This document shows, in pieces, positions 30,909 through 44,686 of a stretch of 64,000 nucleotides of DNA; position 1 is the stretch's first letter; the number at the start of each line of letters is the position of its first letter. This stretch comes from Pseudomonadota bacterium (GTDB taxonomy: Bacteria > Pseudomonadota > Alphaproteobacteria > Dongiales > Dongiaceae). The notes beneath the pieces were generated by a model. It searched no databases, was not told the origin of the DNA, and worked only from the letters and a program-made list of their open reading frames with translations. The stretch spans positions 3,029-67,028 of the forward strand of contig JBMONF010000029.1 of assembly GCA_049323455.1 (NCBI GenBank), read 5' to 3'. Position numbers and translations under genes: made by a program.

Positions 30909-32858
30909 TCAATTGGCCTGCCGGCGCAGGAAGGCCGGAATCTCGAAGAACTCCTCTTCCGCCCGCGTGGCGGCGATGCGGTCCTTCGGATCGAGGCCGG
31001 CCAGCCGGGGCTGCGTCTCGGACAGCGATGGCGCCGGCTGCGCCGCCGCGGGACGGGCCTGAGGCGCCGGTTGAGCCACGGGTTGAGACGCGGCTTGAGC
31101 CATGGGCGTCGTCGGTGCGGCCAAAGGTGCCGATGCGGCCATGCGCATGGCCGGTTCCTGCGGCCGTGCGGGCGCCGCGGCAGCCGGTGCCGGCATGGCC
31201 GGCTCGGCCTTGGGCGTTGCGCGCCCGAACAGCGTGGCGCCGCCGGTCACACGCGCGAACAGGTTGGCGCGACGCGGCGGCTCCGCGGGACGAGCCGCCG
31301 GCTGGGTTTGCGCCGGGGCCGGCGCCGCCATCGGGGCCATCGCCGGAGCCGTCGGCCGTGCCGCAGCAGAGGCCGATGCCCGCTCGACCGGAGCCGGTGC
31401 GATGAAAGGCCGCTCCTCGCTCGGGCGCGCCGCCGGTGCCGGCACCTGCATCGCCGGCGCGGGTGCCGGCTGGGCAGAGCGGGTCGCCGGCTGCCCGGGA
31501 CGGGCCGCCGGCTGGGCGGCCGTGGCAGTCAGGTCGAAGGCGAGCGACAGGCCCGCTTCGGCCTGCGGCTGCGCCGCCGGCATGGCCGGGGCCATCGGTG
31601 CGGCGGCGGGCATCGGGGCCGGCCTGGTCACGGGCTGAGCCATGGCTTGGGTTGCCGGCTGGGCCGACGCGCCCGAAGGCTCGATCGCCATGGCGAGCGC
31701 GCCCGCGGTGGCGGGCTGGGCGCCCATCACCGCCGGAGCCACGGCCGGCGCCGGCTCCACCGTCTCGCGCCGCTCGGCCCGCAGCATCGGCTGCGCCTCG
31801 ACCGGCTCGCGCGCGGGCGCGCTCACGACGCGCCCGCCCGTGGTGACGAGGCTGAGGCTGACCGGCTTCGGCGTGGCCTGCTGGCCGATCGCGGAATCGA
31901 TGCCGGTCGCCACCACCGAGATGCGGATGCGCCCGTTGAGGCTCTGATCGAAGGTCGAGCCGAAGATGATGTTGGCCTCGGGATCGACCTCCTCGCGGAT
32001 CCGGGTCGCGGCCTCGTCGACCTCGAACAGGGTCATGTCCGGCCCGCCGGTGATGTTGATGAGGACGCCGCGCGCGCCCTTCATCGACACGTCGTCGAGC
32101 AGCGGATTCGAGATGGCGGCCTCGGCGGCGGCCACGGAGCGGCCCTCGCCCTCGGCCTCGCCGGTGCCCATCATCGCCTTGCCCATCTCGGTCATGACCG
32201 AGCGGATGTCGGCGAAGTCGAGATTGATGAGACCGGGCATCACCATCAGGTCGGTGACGCCGCGCACGCCGGAATAGAGCACCTGGTCGGCCATGGCGAA
32301 GGCGTCGGCGAAAGTGGTCTTCTCGTTCGCCACGCGGAACAGGTTCTGGTTCGGGATGATGATGAGCGTGTCGACATACTGCTGCAGCTCCTGGATGCCG
32401 CTCTCGGCGAGCCGCATGCGGTGCAGGCCCTCGAAGTGGAAGGGCTTGGTCACGACGCCGACGGTCAGGATGCCGTGCTCGCGCGCGGCGCGGGCCACGA
32501 CGGGGGCGGCCCCGGTGCCCGTGCCCCCGCCCATGCCGGCGGTGATGAACACCATGTTGGAGCCTGCCAGCTCCTCGATCACGGTTTCGATCGATTCCTC
32601 GGCCGCCGCGCGGCCGATGTCGGGCCGCGAACCGGCGCCGAGCCCCTGCGTGATGCCGTGGCCGAGCTGGATGCGGCGCATGCACTGGGACTGCGCCAGC
32701 GCCTGCGCGTCGGTGTTGGCGACGACGAATTCGACCCCCTCGAGGTTCGAGCGGATCATGTTGCTGACGGCGTTGCCGCCGGCACCGCCCACGCCGATGA
32801 CGGTGATGCGCGGCTTGATCTCGTGCGGATTGTTCGGCAGAGACAGGTTCAAGGTCAT
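30909..32858 (-). CDS. ftsZ: Cell division GTPase FtsZ with a very long Ala/Pro-rich C-terminal linker
   Basis: 649 aa. The tubulin signature [23 protein letters not shown], and a globular core to ~aa 320. A ~300-aa low-complexity linker follows, then the conserved C-terminal peptide [16 protein letters not shown]. Confidence 0.95.
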   Translation of the reverse strand: MTLNLSLPNNPHEIKPRITVIGVGGAGGNAVSNMIRSNLEGVEFVVANTDAQALAQSQCMRRIQLGHGITQGLGAGSRPDIGRAAAEESIETVIEELAGSNMVFITAGMGGGTGTGAAPVVARAAREHGILTVGVVTKPFHFEGLHRMRLAESGIQELQQYVDTLIIIPNQNLFRVANEKTTFADAFAMADQVLYSGVRGVTDLMVMPGLINLDFADIRSVMTEMGKAMMGTGEAEGEGRSVAAAEAAISNPLLDDVSMKGARGVLINITGGPDMTLFEVDEAATRIREEVDPEANIIFGSTFDQSLNGRIRISVVATGIDSAIGQQATPKPVSLSLVTTGGRVVSAPAREPVEAQPMLRAERRETVEPAPAVAPAVMGAQPATAGALAMAIEPSGASAQPATQAMAQPVTRPAPMPAAAPMAPAMPAAQPQAEAGLSLAFDLTATAAQPAARPGQPATRSAQPAPAPAMQVPAPAARPSEERPFIAPAPVERASASAAARPTAPAMAPMAAPAPAQTQPAARPAEPPRRANLFARVTGGATLFGRATPKAEPAMPAPAAAAPARPQEPAMRMAASAPLAAPTTPMAQAASQPVAQPAPQARPAAAQPAPSLSETQPRLAGLDPKDRIAATRAEEEFFEIPAFLRRQAN

Positions 32859-32957
32859 TTACGGCCTCCATTCAGGACACGGGGTGTGTGTGTATGGCGC
32901 CGGTTGCTCCGGCGCCGGTTGTGCCGGGCGTTGCCAGGCGCCCGGTATGCGAAAGGC

Positions 32958-34223
32958 TCAGAAGTTCTCACGGAACCAGTGGCCCAGCCGGCCGATGAAG
33001 CCGGCGGGTTCCTCTTGCAGCGCGCCATGGCGGCGTTCGGAGCGCGGCAGGCGGTCGGCCGCCTGCTGCGCATAGACGAGCAATCCGGAACAGGTCGCGA
33101 AGGCGGGCCCACCGGTCGCCTCGGCGAGACCGGCGATGCGGATCGGGCGGCCCATGCGCACCTGCTTGTCGAGCACGGCCGCGGCCAGCTCGCGCAAGCC
33201 CGCGAGCTGCGAGGCGCCGCCCGTCAGCACCACGCGCCGGCCGGCGATCTTGTCGAAGCCGCTCTGCTCCAGGCGCTGGCGCACCAGCTCGAAGGTCTCC
33301 TCGAGGCGCGGCTGGATGATGCCGACCAGCATGGAGCGCGGGATGGTGTTGCCCTCGACCGCCTCCTCCTCGCCCACCAGCGGCACGTTGATCATCTCGC
33401 GCTCGTCCGACGGCGAGAGCATGCCGTTGCCGTAGAGGGTCTTGAGCCGCTCGGCGTGGGCCAGGGGCGTGGAAAGGCCGCGCGCGATGTCGTTGGTGAC
33501 GTGCGCGCCGCCCACCGGCACGATGTCGGTGAAGACCACGTTGCCGTCGAAGAAGACGGCGATGGTGGTGGTGCCGCCGCCCATGTCGATCACGGTCACG
33601 CCGAGATCGCGCTCGTCGTCCACCAGCGAGGCGAGGCCGGCGGCGTAGGGCGATACCACCAGCGCGCCGATCTCGAGATGGCAGCGCGCCACGCAGTTCG
33701 TCAGGTTGCGCACCGCGCCCGCCTGGGCGGTCACGATGTGCATATCGACCCCCAGACGCTCGCCGAACATGCCGCGCGGATCGCGGATGCCGCCGCTGCC
33801 GTCGATCGAGTAGCGGATCGGAATCGAATGGATCAGCCGGCGCTCGCCGTTGATGTCGAACACGCCGCCCTGCTCGAGCACGCGCCTCAGATCGCCGTCG
33901 CCGATCTCGTGGCCCGCGATCTGCACCTCGACGCCGACCGTCTGCGAGGCGGGATAGCCGCCGGACAGATTCACGACCACCTCGTGAATGGTCTCGCCCG
34001 CCATCTCCTCGGCGGCGTGCACCGCGCCCAGGATCGCCGCTTCGGCCTGCTCCATGTCGACGATGGCGCCGCCGCGCACGCCGCGCGACACTTGGTGGCC
34101 GATGCCGACGACGCGCGGCCGGCCATCCTCCTCGAGCCGCGCGATGAAGCAGCAGATCTTGCTGGTGCCGACGTCGAGCGCGGCTACCGTCCCGCTGCGC
34201 GATGCCATCCTCGGTTTTCTCAT
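32958..34223 (-). CDS. ftsA: Cell division protein FtsA
   Basis: Actin-like ATPase: VAALDVGTSKICCFIA, DMGGGTTTIAVF, and VVLTGGASQL.GL.ELA. The start is ATG 34223 or 34208. Confidence 0.9.
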   Translation of the reverse strand: MRKPRMASRSGTVAALDVGTSKICCFIARLEEDGRPRVVGIGHQVSRGVRGGAIVDMEQAEAAILGAVHAAEEMAGETIHEVVVNLSGGYPASQTVGVEVQIAGHEIGDGDLRRVLEQGGVFDINGERRLIHSIPIRYSIDGSGGIRDPRGMFGERLGVDMHIVTAQAGAVRNLTNCVARCHLEIGALVVSPYAAGLASLVDDERDLGVTVIDMGGGTTTIAVFFDGNVVFTDIVPVGGAHVTNDIARGLSTPLAHAERLKTLYGNGMLSPSDEREMINVPLVGEEEAVEGNTIPRSMLVGIIQPRLEETFELVRQRLEQSGFDKIAGRRVVLTGGASQLAGLRELAAAVLDKQVRMGRPIRIAGLAEATGGPAFATCSGLLVYAQQAADRLPRSERRHGALQEEPAGFIGRLGHWFRENF

Positions 34224-34290
34224 CCCCACGGCCTCTGTCTCCTGCTCCCCCGGGCCTCTTGTTGCGCGTGCCCGCCTGCTTGCGCGAACC

Positions 34291-35169
34291 TCATGTGTCG
34301 CTGCCCGGCCCCGTCGGCATGGCGGGAACGGCGGCGGGCGCCGCACCTGGCGCAAGCCGCACCACCGCCCGATCGGGCAGCCTGAGATCGATGCTGACGA
34401 GATCGCGCTTCAAGACGCCCTGCTCGCGCTCCATGCGCGCGAGCTCGAGCCAGGCCGAGGTCGGATCGGTCTCCGGCAGCTTGACGTCGATCCCGTTGTC
34501 GAAGCGCAGGTTCCAGCGCCGGTCGCCGACCCAGACGGCTGCGCGCACGCGCGCCTTGAGCTCCGGTTCCAGGCCCAGCATGGCGACGAGGTCGGCCGCG
34601 TGCTGCGGCGCGTTGTCGCCGACCAGCACCAGGAGCCGATCGAAGCGACCCGGATCGGCGGCGATCGTCTCGCCCTCGCGATCGACCAGATAGAACTTGC
34701 CGTCGCGCTGCCACAGCGCGAAGGGCTCGAACTCCTCCAGGCTCAGCGTCAGCGTGCCGTCGAAGCCGCGCCGGACGCTGGCGGTCTTGACCCAAGGCAG
34801 GGCCCGAAGTCGCGCGCGGATGGCGTCGGGATCGAGCGCCAGAAGGGCCGCGCCCTTGGTGGCGCCGACGGCGGCCACGATCTGCTCGACCGGCGTCTCG
34901 CGCCGGCCCTCCACCATCACGCGCTCGAGCCGCAATCCCACATCGGCCGAAAGCGCCAGCAGCCCGTCGCCCAACGCGGCTTGCTGGCGGGCCACCCACC
35001 GGGAGGGCCAGAACGACCACAGGCCGCCGGCGATGAGGGCGGCCCCCAGCGCCGCCACGCCCCAGCGCATCAGGCGCTGCCGGCGCAGGTTGCGCGGATC
35101 GCGGCGCGCTCGCGTCCTCGCGCGCGTCGGCGTAGGCCGCGGGCGGGCGGCGGGATTCAGCCGTCGCAT
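34291..35169 (-). CDS. ftsQ: Cell division protein FtsQ
   Basis: ATG at 35169. Basic N-terminus, a single TM ([16 protein letters not shown]), then POTRA ([21 protein letters not shown]...[22 protein letters not shown]) and the FtsQ beta domain. Overlaps the ddl 3' end by 13 nt. Confidence 0.85.
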   Translation of the reverse strand: MRRLNPAARPRPTPTRARTRARRDPRNLRRQRLMRWGVAALGAALIAGGLWSFWPSRWVARQQAALGDGLLALSADVGLRLERVMVEGRRETPVEQIVAAVGATKGAALLALDPDAIRARLRALPWVKTASVRRGFDGTLTLSLEEFEPFALWQRDGKFYLVDREGETIAADPGRFDRLLVLVGDNAPQHAADLVAMLGLEPELKARVRAAVWVGDRRWNLRFDNGIDVKLPETDPTSAWLELARMEREQGVLKRDLVSIDLRLPDRAVVRLAPGAAPAAVPAMPTGPGSDT

Positions 35170-36074
35170 TGCGCGTTCTCCACCATCCAACGCACCAGCG
35201 CCCCGAACGAAATGCCGACATGCTTGGCCTGCTCCGGCACCAGCGAGAGTGGCGTCATGCCGGGCTGGGTGTTGACCTCGAGCAGATAGAGCCGGTTGGG
35301 GCCGTCGCCTTGCGTGTCGTCGTAACGGAAGTCGGCGCGCGACACGCCGCGGCAGCCGAGCGCCCGGTGCGCCATCAGTGCGCGCTCCATGGCGGCGGCA
35401 TAGACCTCCGGCGGCACCGGGGCCGGCACCAGATGCTGGGTCATGCCGTCGGAATATTTGGCCTCGTAATCGTAGAATCCGGTCTTGGGCCTGAGCTCGG
35501 TCACGGCCAGCGGTCCGTCGCCCATCACCGCCACCGTCAGCTCGCGGCCGGCGATGTAGCGTTCGACGAGCGCCGCCGCGCCATAAGGCCACTGGGTCGC
35601 GAGCGGCGGCAGGTTGTCGCCCGGGCGCACGATGCGCACGCCCACGCTCGAGCCCTCGTTGGCCGGCTTCATCACGTAGGGGCGCGGCATCGGATCGCCT
35701 TGCGCGAATTCCTCGCGCGCCACCAGCCTGCCCTCGGGGCAGGGGATGCCGGCGGCGGCGAAGACGCGCTTGGCCATCGGCTTGTCCATGGCCAGCGCCG
35801 AAGCCAGCAGGCCCGAATGGGTGTAGGGGATGCCCATCAAATTGAGCACGCCCTGGATGCAGCCATCCTCGCCCCAGCGCCCATGCAGCGCGTTGAAGAC
35901 GACGTCCGGTCGCGGATCGAGGGCGCGGATCAGCGCCGCCACGTCGCGCCCCGTATCGATCTCGGTCACCTCGAAGCCCTCGGCCTCGAGCGCATCGGCG
36001 CAGGCGCGCCCGCTCACGAGCGACACCTCGCGCTCGGCCGACGCTCCGCCCATGAGAACGGCGACCCGGGTCAT
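35157..36074 (-). CDS. ddl: D-alanine--D-alanine ligase
   Basis: ATG at 36074 overlaps the murB stop (ATGA). 305 aa. [32 protein letters not shown]...GIPYT.SG, ATP-grasp EGSSVGV, and [13 protein letters not shown]. Confidence 0.92.
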   Translation of the reverse strand: MTRVAVLMGGASAEREVSLVSGRACADALEAEGFEVTEIDTGRDVAALIRALDPRPDVVFNALHGRWGEDGCIQGVLNLMGIPYTHSGLLASALAMDKPMAKRVFAAAGIPCPEGRLVAREEFAQGDPMPRPYVMKPANEGSSVGVRIVRPGDNLPPLATQWPYGAAALVERYIAGRELTVAVMGDGPLAVTELRPKTGFYDYEAKYSDGMTQHLVPAPVPPEVYAAAMERALMAHRALGCRGVSRADFRYDDTQGDGPNRLYLLEVNTQPGMTPLSLVPEQAKHVGISFGALVRWMVENAQCDG

Positions 36075-37026
36075 GGCCTTGCCTCCCGGCCGTGCGCGGC
36101 CGGCAGCCCGATACGCCGGATCTCCCATTCCAGCGTTACGCCGGTCTTCTCCTTGACGCGCCGGCGCACCTCCTCGCCGAGCGCCTCGATGTCGGCGGCG
36201 GTGGCGCTGCCGGTGTTGATGAGGAAGTTGCAGTGGCGCTCCGACACCTGCGCGCCGCCGATGCGCAAGCCGCGGCACCCGGCCTCGTCGATGAGCTGCC
36301 AAGCCTTGCGACCCTTGGCTTCGGGCCCGGTCGGATTGGCGAAGGTGCTGCCGCCGGTGCGGGTGCGGATCGGCTGGCTTTCCTCGCGCGCCTTCTGGAT
36401 CTCGGCCATGCGCGCATGGATGGCCCCGGGCTCGTCCCGGCGGCCCTGCAGCAGGGCTTGCGTGAAGATCCAGTCCTCGGGGCAGCCGCAATGGCGGTAG
36501 GAAAAGCCGAAATCGTCGTGGCTCAGGCGGTGCAGGCGGCCCTGGCCGTCGAGCGCCTCGCCCTCCAGCACCACGTCGGTCATCTCGCGGTGATAGGCGC
36601 CGCCGTTCATGCGCAAGGCGCCGCCGATGGTGCCGGGGATGCCGGAAAGGAACTCGAGCCCGGCGAGGCCGGCGTCGCGCGCGGCGATGGCGACATTGAG
36701 ATCGAGCGCCGCGGCGCCGGCGCGGATGCGCTCGCCTTCGACCGCGATGCGCGCGAACTCGCGGCCGAGCCGGATCACCACGCCCGGCACGCCGCCGTCG
36801 CGCACCAGGAGGTTCGATCCCACGCCGATCACGGTCACGGGCATGCCCGCGGGCTTGGCCGCCAGGAAGGCGGCGAGATCGTCGCGGTCGGCCGGGCGGA
36901 ACATGAACTCGGCCGGGCCGCCGACCCGGAACCAGGTGATGCCGGCGAGCGGCGCGTCGGCCGTCAGACGGCCGCGCACGGGCGGCAGGCCGGCCAGGTG
37001 ATCGACGGGGCGCTTCGTGGCCGCCA

Positions 37027-37030
<4 letters not shown>
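36071..37030 (-). CDS. murB: UDP-N-acetylenolpyruvoylglucosamine reductase MurB
   Basis: ATG at 37030 overlaps the murC stop (ATGA). FAD-binding [31 protein letters not shown], and C-terminal GSTF.NP....A..LID..G.RG...GGA.VSE.H.NF.IN. Confidence 0.92.
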
Positions 37031-38456
<1,426 letters not shown>

Positions 38457-38460
<4 letters not shown>

Positions 38461-39584
38461 GCGGCCCTCCTGCCGGCACCCTGCGGCGCCAAGACCTCGG
38501 CGAGATCGGCCAGCCGCTCGGCCGCGTCGGGGCGCCCGAGTGCGCGGGCTTTCGCCGCGGCGGCGGCGAGCGCCTCCGGATTGTCGAGCAGCGCCTCGAG
38601 CCGGCCGGCCAGCGCCTCTGCTGTGAATTCGGCTTCGGCCATGACCCAGGCGGCACCTGCCGCGGCCATGGCGCGGGCGTTGGCGGTCTGATGGTCGTCG
38701 GCAGCGAAGCGATAGGGCACCAGGATCGAGGGCCGGCCCGCGGCCTGGAGCTCGGCCACGGTCGAGGCGCCGGAGCGCGCGACGACGAGATGGAGCCGCT
38801 TCAACCGCTCCGCCATGTCGGCGAAGAAGGGCTCGAGTTCGGCCGTGAAGCCCAACCGCGCGTAAGTCGCGCGCACGGCCTCGATGTCCTCGGGCCGGCA
38901 TTGCTGGGCGAGCTTGAGGCGGGCGCGCTCGGCAGGCTGCAGGCGCTCGATCGCCGCCGGCACGATTTGCGAGAAGATGCGCGCGCCCTGGCTGCCGCCG
39001 ATGACGAGAAGCGCGAGCGGCTGGCCGGCTTGCGGCGCCATGTAAGGCGCGTCGTGCAGCGCCGCGATCGCCGGGCGCACCGGGTTGCCCGTGACGACCG
39101 CGCGCGCCTCGGCGCCCTTCGGCAGTCCCGCGACGCGATCGAAGCAGGTGGCGATGCGGGCGGCGCGCGGGGACAGCAGGCGGTTGGCGCGGCCCATCAC
39201 GGCATTCTGCTCGTGCAGCAGCACCGGGATGCGGGCGTGCGCGGCCGCCAGCACGGTCGGCACCGAGGCGTAACCGCCGAAGCCGACGGCGAGCGCCGGT
39301 GCTGCCGCCTTCACGATGCGCCGCGCCTCGAGATAGCCCAGCGCCAGGCGGGCGAGCCCGCCGAGCCGGTCGGCCATGCGCCGGCCCGCCAGAGCCGCGG
39401 CCGAGATGCGCTTGAGCTCGACCTCGGGCAGGCGGTCGCCGAAGCCCTGGCCGCGCCGGTCCGTGACGAGCATGACGCGCCGGCCGCGCTTGACGAGGGC
39501 CGCCGCCAGCGCCTCGGCCGGGAACATGTGGCCGCCGGTGCCGCCGGCCGCGAGCAGGATGGGGTTCGAGGTCGCGGCGCTCAC
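38457..39584 (-). CDS. murG: Undecaprenyldiphospho-muramoylpentapeptide beta-N-acetylglucosaminyltransferase MurG
   Basis: GTG at 39584 overlaps the ftsW stop (GTGA), with SD GGGAGAGG upstream. [23 protein letters not shown], and ..RSGASTVAE....G.P.ILVP...A.DDHQ..NA. Confidence 0.9.
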
Positions 39585-40701
39585 GATTCCTCTCCCAATC
39601 CGACGCGCCGGCGCGTGAGCGCCAGCAGCATGCCGACCGAAAGCGCGCAGGCCAGCAGCGAAGAACCGCCATAGCTGATGAAGGGCAGCGTCATGCCCTT
39701 GGTCGGGATCAGGTGCAAGGTCGAGGCCATGTTGATCATGGCCTGGAGCCCGAAGGTCACGAGCAGGCCGGCGGCGGCCAGCAGGATGAAAAGGTTGTGC
39801 TCCTGCAGCAGCCGGGCGATGCCGCGCGCCAGCACGAAGGCGAACAGCGCCACGATGAACAGGCAGACGATGGTGCCCAGCTCCTCGCCCACCACCGCGA
39901 AGACGAAGTCGGCATGAGCGTCGGGAAGGGTCATCTTGACCGTGCCCTCGCCGGGCCCCTGGCCGAACAAGCCACCATTGCGGAAGGCGTCGAGCGCGCG
40001 GTCCACCTGATAGCTGTCGCCCGCGGCGGGATCGAGGAAGCTGTCGACGCGCTCGGTCACGTGCGGGAAGGCGAAGTAGGCGCCGAGGAGCGCCAGGATT
40101 CCGGCCAGCATCAGAATGCCCACCCACATCAGCGGCAGGCCCGCCAGGAAGAACTGCGCGAACCAGGTGGCGCTCACCACCACCGTCATGCCGAGGTCGG
40201 GTTGCGACATCAGCATGCCGACCACGATCAGATAGAGCGCGATGGAAACGAGGTTGCCGGGGATGCGCTCCGGCCCGTGCTGGGCCGAGAACATCCAGGC
40301 CGCGACCACGGCGAAGCAGGGCTTCACGAACTCCGAGGGCTGCAGCGAGAAACCGGGCAGATCGAGCCAGCGCGTGGCGCCCTTGATCTCCTGGCCCACG
40401 AAGAGGGTGAGGACCGTGAGGGTCAGGAAGACGAGGAACCCGAGCGCGGACAGCCGCCGGATCCAGCGCGGGCTCAGGAGCGAGACGCCGACCAGGATCG
40501 CAATCGCGACCGGCAGAAGCGCGAACTGATGCTTCGCCAGGGTGAAGCTGTCGAGCCGGATGCGGGTGGCGACGGCCGGGCTGGCGGCGACGCTCATCAT
40601 CATGCCGATGGCGATGAGCAGCCCGACCGCGGCCAGCGTCCAGCGATCGACCGTCCACCACCAGCGGCCGAGGATGCTGCGATCGGTGCGGGCGAAGGTC
40701 G

Positions 40702-40705
<4 letters not shown>
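39581..40705 (-). CDS. ftsW: SEDS-family peptidoglycan glycosyltransferase FtsW
   Basis: ATG at 40705 overlaps the murD stop (ATGA). 374 aa, ~10 TM. QPSEF.K......AAW, PD.GM, D..F.V.GEELG, and LP.KG.TLPF.SYGGSS. Confidence 0.9.
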
Positions 40706-42111
<1,406 letters not shown>

Positions 42112-42121
42112 CGGCGCCCCC

Positions 42122-43210
42122 TCATCGCAGCTTCAGTGTGGAGAGCCCGACCAGCGCCAGGATCGAGGCAATGATCCAGAAGCGGATCACGATGGTGGGC
42201 TCGGCCCAGCCCTTCTTCTCGAAGTGATGGTGCAGCGGCGCCATGCGGAAGACGCGCTTGCCGGTGAGCTTGAAGGACACGACCTGCACGATGACCGAGG
42301 CGGTTTCGAGCACGAACAAGCCGCCGACGATGGCGAGCACCAGCTCTTGCTTGATCACCACGCTGACCGCGCCGAGCGCGCCGCCCATCGAGAGCGAGCC
42401 GGTGTCGCCCATGAACACCATGGCCGGCGGGGCGTTGAACCAGAGGAATCCCAAGCTGGCGCCGACCAGTGCGGCGCAGAACACGGCCAGCTCGCCCGAG
42501 CCCGCGACGAAATGGAGTTGGAGGTAATTGGCGAAAACGGCATTGCCGACGAGATAGGCGATGAGCGCGAAGCATCCCGAGGCGATCATCACCGGCACGA
42601 TGGCAAGCCCGTCGAGCCCGTCCGTCAGGTTGACGGCGTTCGATGCCCCGACCATCACGAATACGGCGAAGGGGACGAACAGCCAGCCGAGCTGGATCAG
42701 GATGTCCTTGAAGAAGGGCACGGTCAGGCCGGTCGAAAGCGGCTGCGGCGTGAGCCGCATGACGGCCACGGCCGCGATCGTGCCGACCGCGATCTGGGCC
42801 AGAAGCTTCAAGCGGCCCGGCAGGCCTCTGCTGCCGCGCTTGGTGAGCTTCAGATAGTCGTCGCCGAAACCGACCAGGCCGAAACCGACAGTGACGAACA
42901 GCACGACCCAGACATAGCCGTTGGCGAGATTGGCCCAGAGCAGCGTGGAGATGGCGACGGCCAGCAGAATCAGCACGCCACCCATGGTGGGCGTGCCCTT
43001 CTTGGTGAGCAGGTGCGATTCCGGCCCATCGGTGCGGATCGGCTGGCCCAAGGGCTGCTTGCTCTTGAGCCAGGCGATCACCCGCGGTCCCAGCACGAAG
43101 CTGACCACGAGCGCCGTCATCACTGCGCCGCCGCTGCGGAAAGTGAGGTAGCGGAACAGATTGAAGATCGCGATCTCGTCGGCGAGCGGCGCGAGCAGGT
43201 TGTAAAGCAT
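42122..43210 (-). CDS. mraY: Phospho-N-acetylmuramoyl-pentapeptide transferase MraY
   Basis: 362 aa. MLYNLL...[34 protein letters not shown], and PLHHHFE..GW.E..IV.RFWI. Confidence 0.95.
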   Translation of the reverse strand: MLYNLLAPLADEIAIFNLFRYLTFRSGGAVMTALVVSFVLGPRVIAWLKSKQPLGQPIRTDGPESHLLTKKGTPTMGGVLILLAVAISTLLWANLANGYVWVVLFVTVGFGLVGFGDDYLKLTKRGSRGLPGRLKLLAQIAVGTIAAVAVMRLTPQPLSTGLTVPFFKDILIQLGWLFVPFAVFVMVGASNAVNLTDGLDGLAIVPVMIASGCFALIAYLVGNAVFANYLQLHFVAGSGELAVFCAALVGASLGFLWFNAPPAMVFMGDTGSLSMGGALGAVSVVIKQELVLAIVGGLFVLETASVIVQVVSFKLTGKRVFRMAPLHHHFEKKGWAEPTIVIRFWIIASILALVGLSTLKLR

Positions 43211-43225
43211 CGCCTGATCCCCGCC

Positions 43226-44686
43226 TCAGTTGCCGTTGGCCGCGCGCGGCAGGGGCGCCGGTTCGCCCATGGCCTTGATCGCGTCGACGATCGGTCCCAT
43301 GCGCGTGCCGAGCGATCCCTTGACCAGCACCACGTCGCCGGGCCTGAGCGCTGCCAGCACGGCGGGGATCATCTCGGCGCTGGCCTCGTGGTGAGCGGCG
43401 CGCAGGCTCGCGGGCAGGGCCGCGTCCAGGTTCGCCATGAGCGGGCCGACGGTGAAGACGAGATCGGCCTTGGCCTCGATCAGATCGGGTGCCAAGCCGG
43501 CATGGAGCGCCGGCCCTTGCGCGCCCAGTTCGCGCATGTCGCCCAGCACGGCGATGCGCCGGCCGCCGTTCCTGGGGCTGGTCCGGGCCAGCACGCCGAA
43601 GGCGGCGCGCATGGCGGCGGGGCTCGCGTTGTAGCTCTCGTCGATCAGCTCGACGCTGCCGCCCCCGCGCTGGGCCGGCAGCGCCACGGTGGTGCGCGCC
43701 CCCCGGCCCTTGGGCGGCGTGACACGGGCGAAGGCGGCCGCGGCCTCGCCGACATCCGCCCCCACGGCCTTCACGGCTGCCAGCACGGCCAAGCTGTTCA
43801 TGACCCAGTGCAGGCCGGGCGCGCCGAGGCAATAGTCGAAGCGCTCGCCCTCGATCGAGGCGCTGACGGCGCTCGAGGTGGCGTAGAGCGAGCAGTCGAG
43901 GAGCCGCGCGGCCGCTGCTGCATGCCGGCCGAAGCCGAGGATGCGGGTCAGGCCCCGCCGGCGCGCATGGGCGGCCAGCCGCTCGAACTGCGAATTGTCG
44001 CGGTTGAGGATCGCGATACCATCGGCGTCCATGCCCTCGAAGATCTCCGCCTTGGCGTCGGCAACCGCCTCGAGCGAGGCGAAGAACTCCATGTGCGCGG
44101 GCTCGATCGCGGTGATGATCGCGACGTGCGGGCGCGCCAGGCGCGACAAGGGCCCCAGCTCGCCCGCATGGTTCATGCCGAGCTCGAACACGCCATAGAC
44201 CGTGCCGGGCGGCATGCGTGCCAGCGTCAGCGGCACGCCCCACTGGTTGTTGAAGCTGCCGACCGAGGCGAAGGTGGCGGCCTGGATGCCCAGCACGGTC
44301 TTGAGCGCTTCCTTGGTGCCGGTCTTGCCGACGCTGCCGGTGACGCCGATGCGTTTGGCACCCGAGCGTTCGCGCGCGGCGATGCCGAGGCGCTCCAGCC
44401 CCTGGAGCGTGTCGGCCACCATCAGGAGCGGCGCGTCGGCCGCCAGGCCCTCGGGCCGGCGATGGGCGAGTGTCGCCGCCGCGCCTTTGGCGAGCGCCGC
44501 GGCGATATAGTCGTGCCCGTCGAACTGCGGCCCCTTGAGCGCCACGAACAGGTCGCCCGCCTCGATCGTGCGGCTGTCGATCGACACGCCGGCCGCGGTC
44601 CAGCCGGCATCGCCCTGGAGCGCGCCGCTGGTCGCAGCGGCCGCCTCGGCCGCACGCCACAGCACGGGCTTCGGCACGCCGCTCAT
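43226..44686 (-). CDS. murF: UDP-N-acetylmuramoyl-tripeptide--D-alanyl-D-alanine ligase MurF
   Basis: ATG at 44686 overlaps the murE stop (ATGA). DSR.I..GDLFVAL.G..FDGH.Y...A, the P-loop VTGSVGKTGTKE, DESYNA.P.SM, and GDM.ELG. Confidence 0.9.
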   Translation of the reverse strand: MSGVPKPVLWRAAEAAAATSGALQGDAGWTAAGVSIDSRTIEAGDLFVALKGPQFDGHDYIAAALAKGAAATLAHRRPEGLAADAPLLMVADTLQGLERLGIAARERSGAKRIGVTGSVGKTGTKEALKTVLGIQAATFASVGSFNNQWGVPLTLARMPPGTVYGVFELGMNHAGELGPLSRLARPHVAIITAIEPAHMEFFASLEAVADAKAEIFEGMDADGIAILNRDNSQFERLAAHARRRGLTRILGFGRHAAAAARLLDCSLYATSSAVSASIEGERFDYCLGAPGLHWVMNSLAVLAAVKAVGADVGEAAAAFARVTPPKGRGARTTVALPAQRGGGSVELIDESYNASPAAMRAAFGVLARTSPRNGGRRIAVLGDMRELGAQGPALHAGLAPDLIEAKADLVFTVGPLMANLDAALPASLRAAHHEASAEMIPAVLAALRPGDVVLVKGSLGTRMGPIVDAIKAMGEPAPLPRAANGN

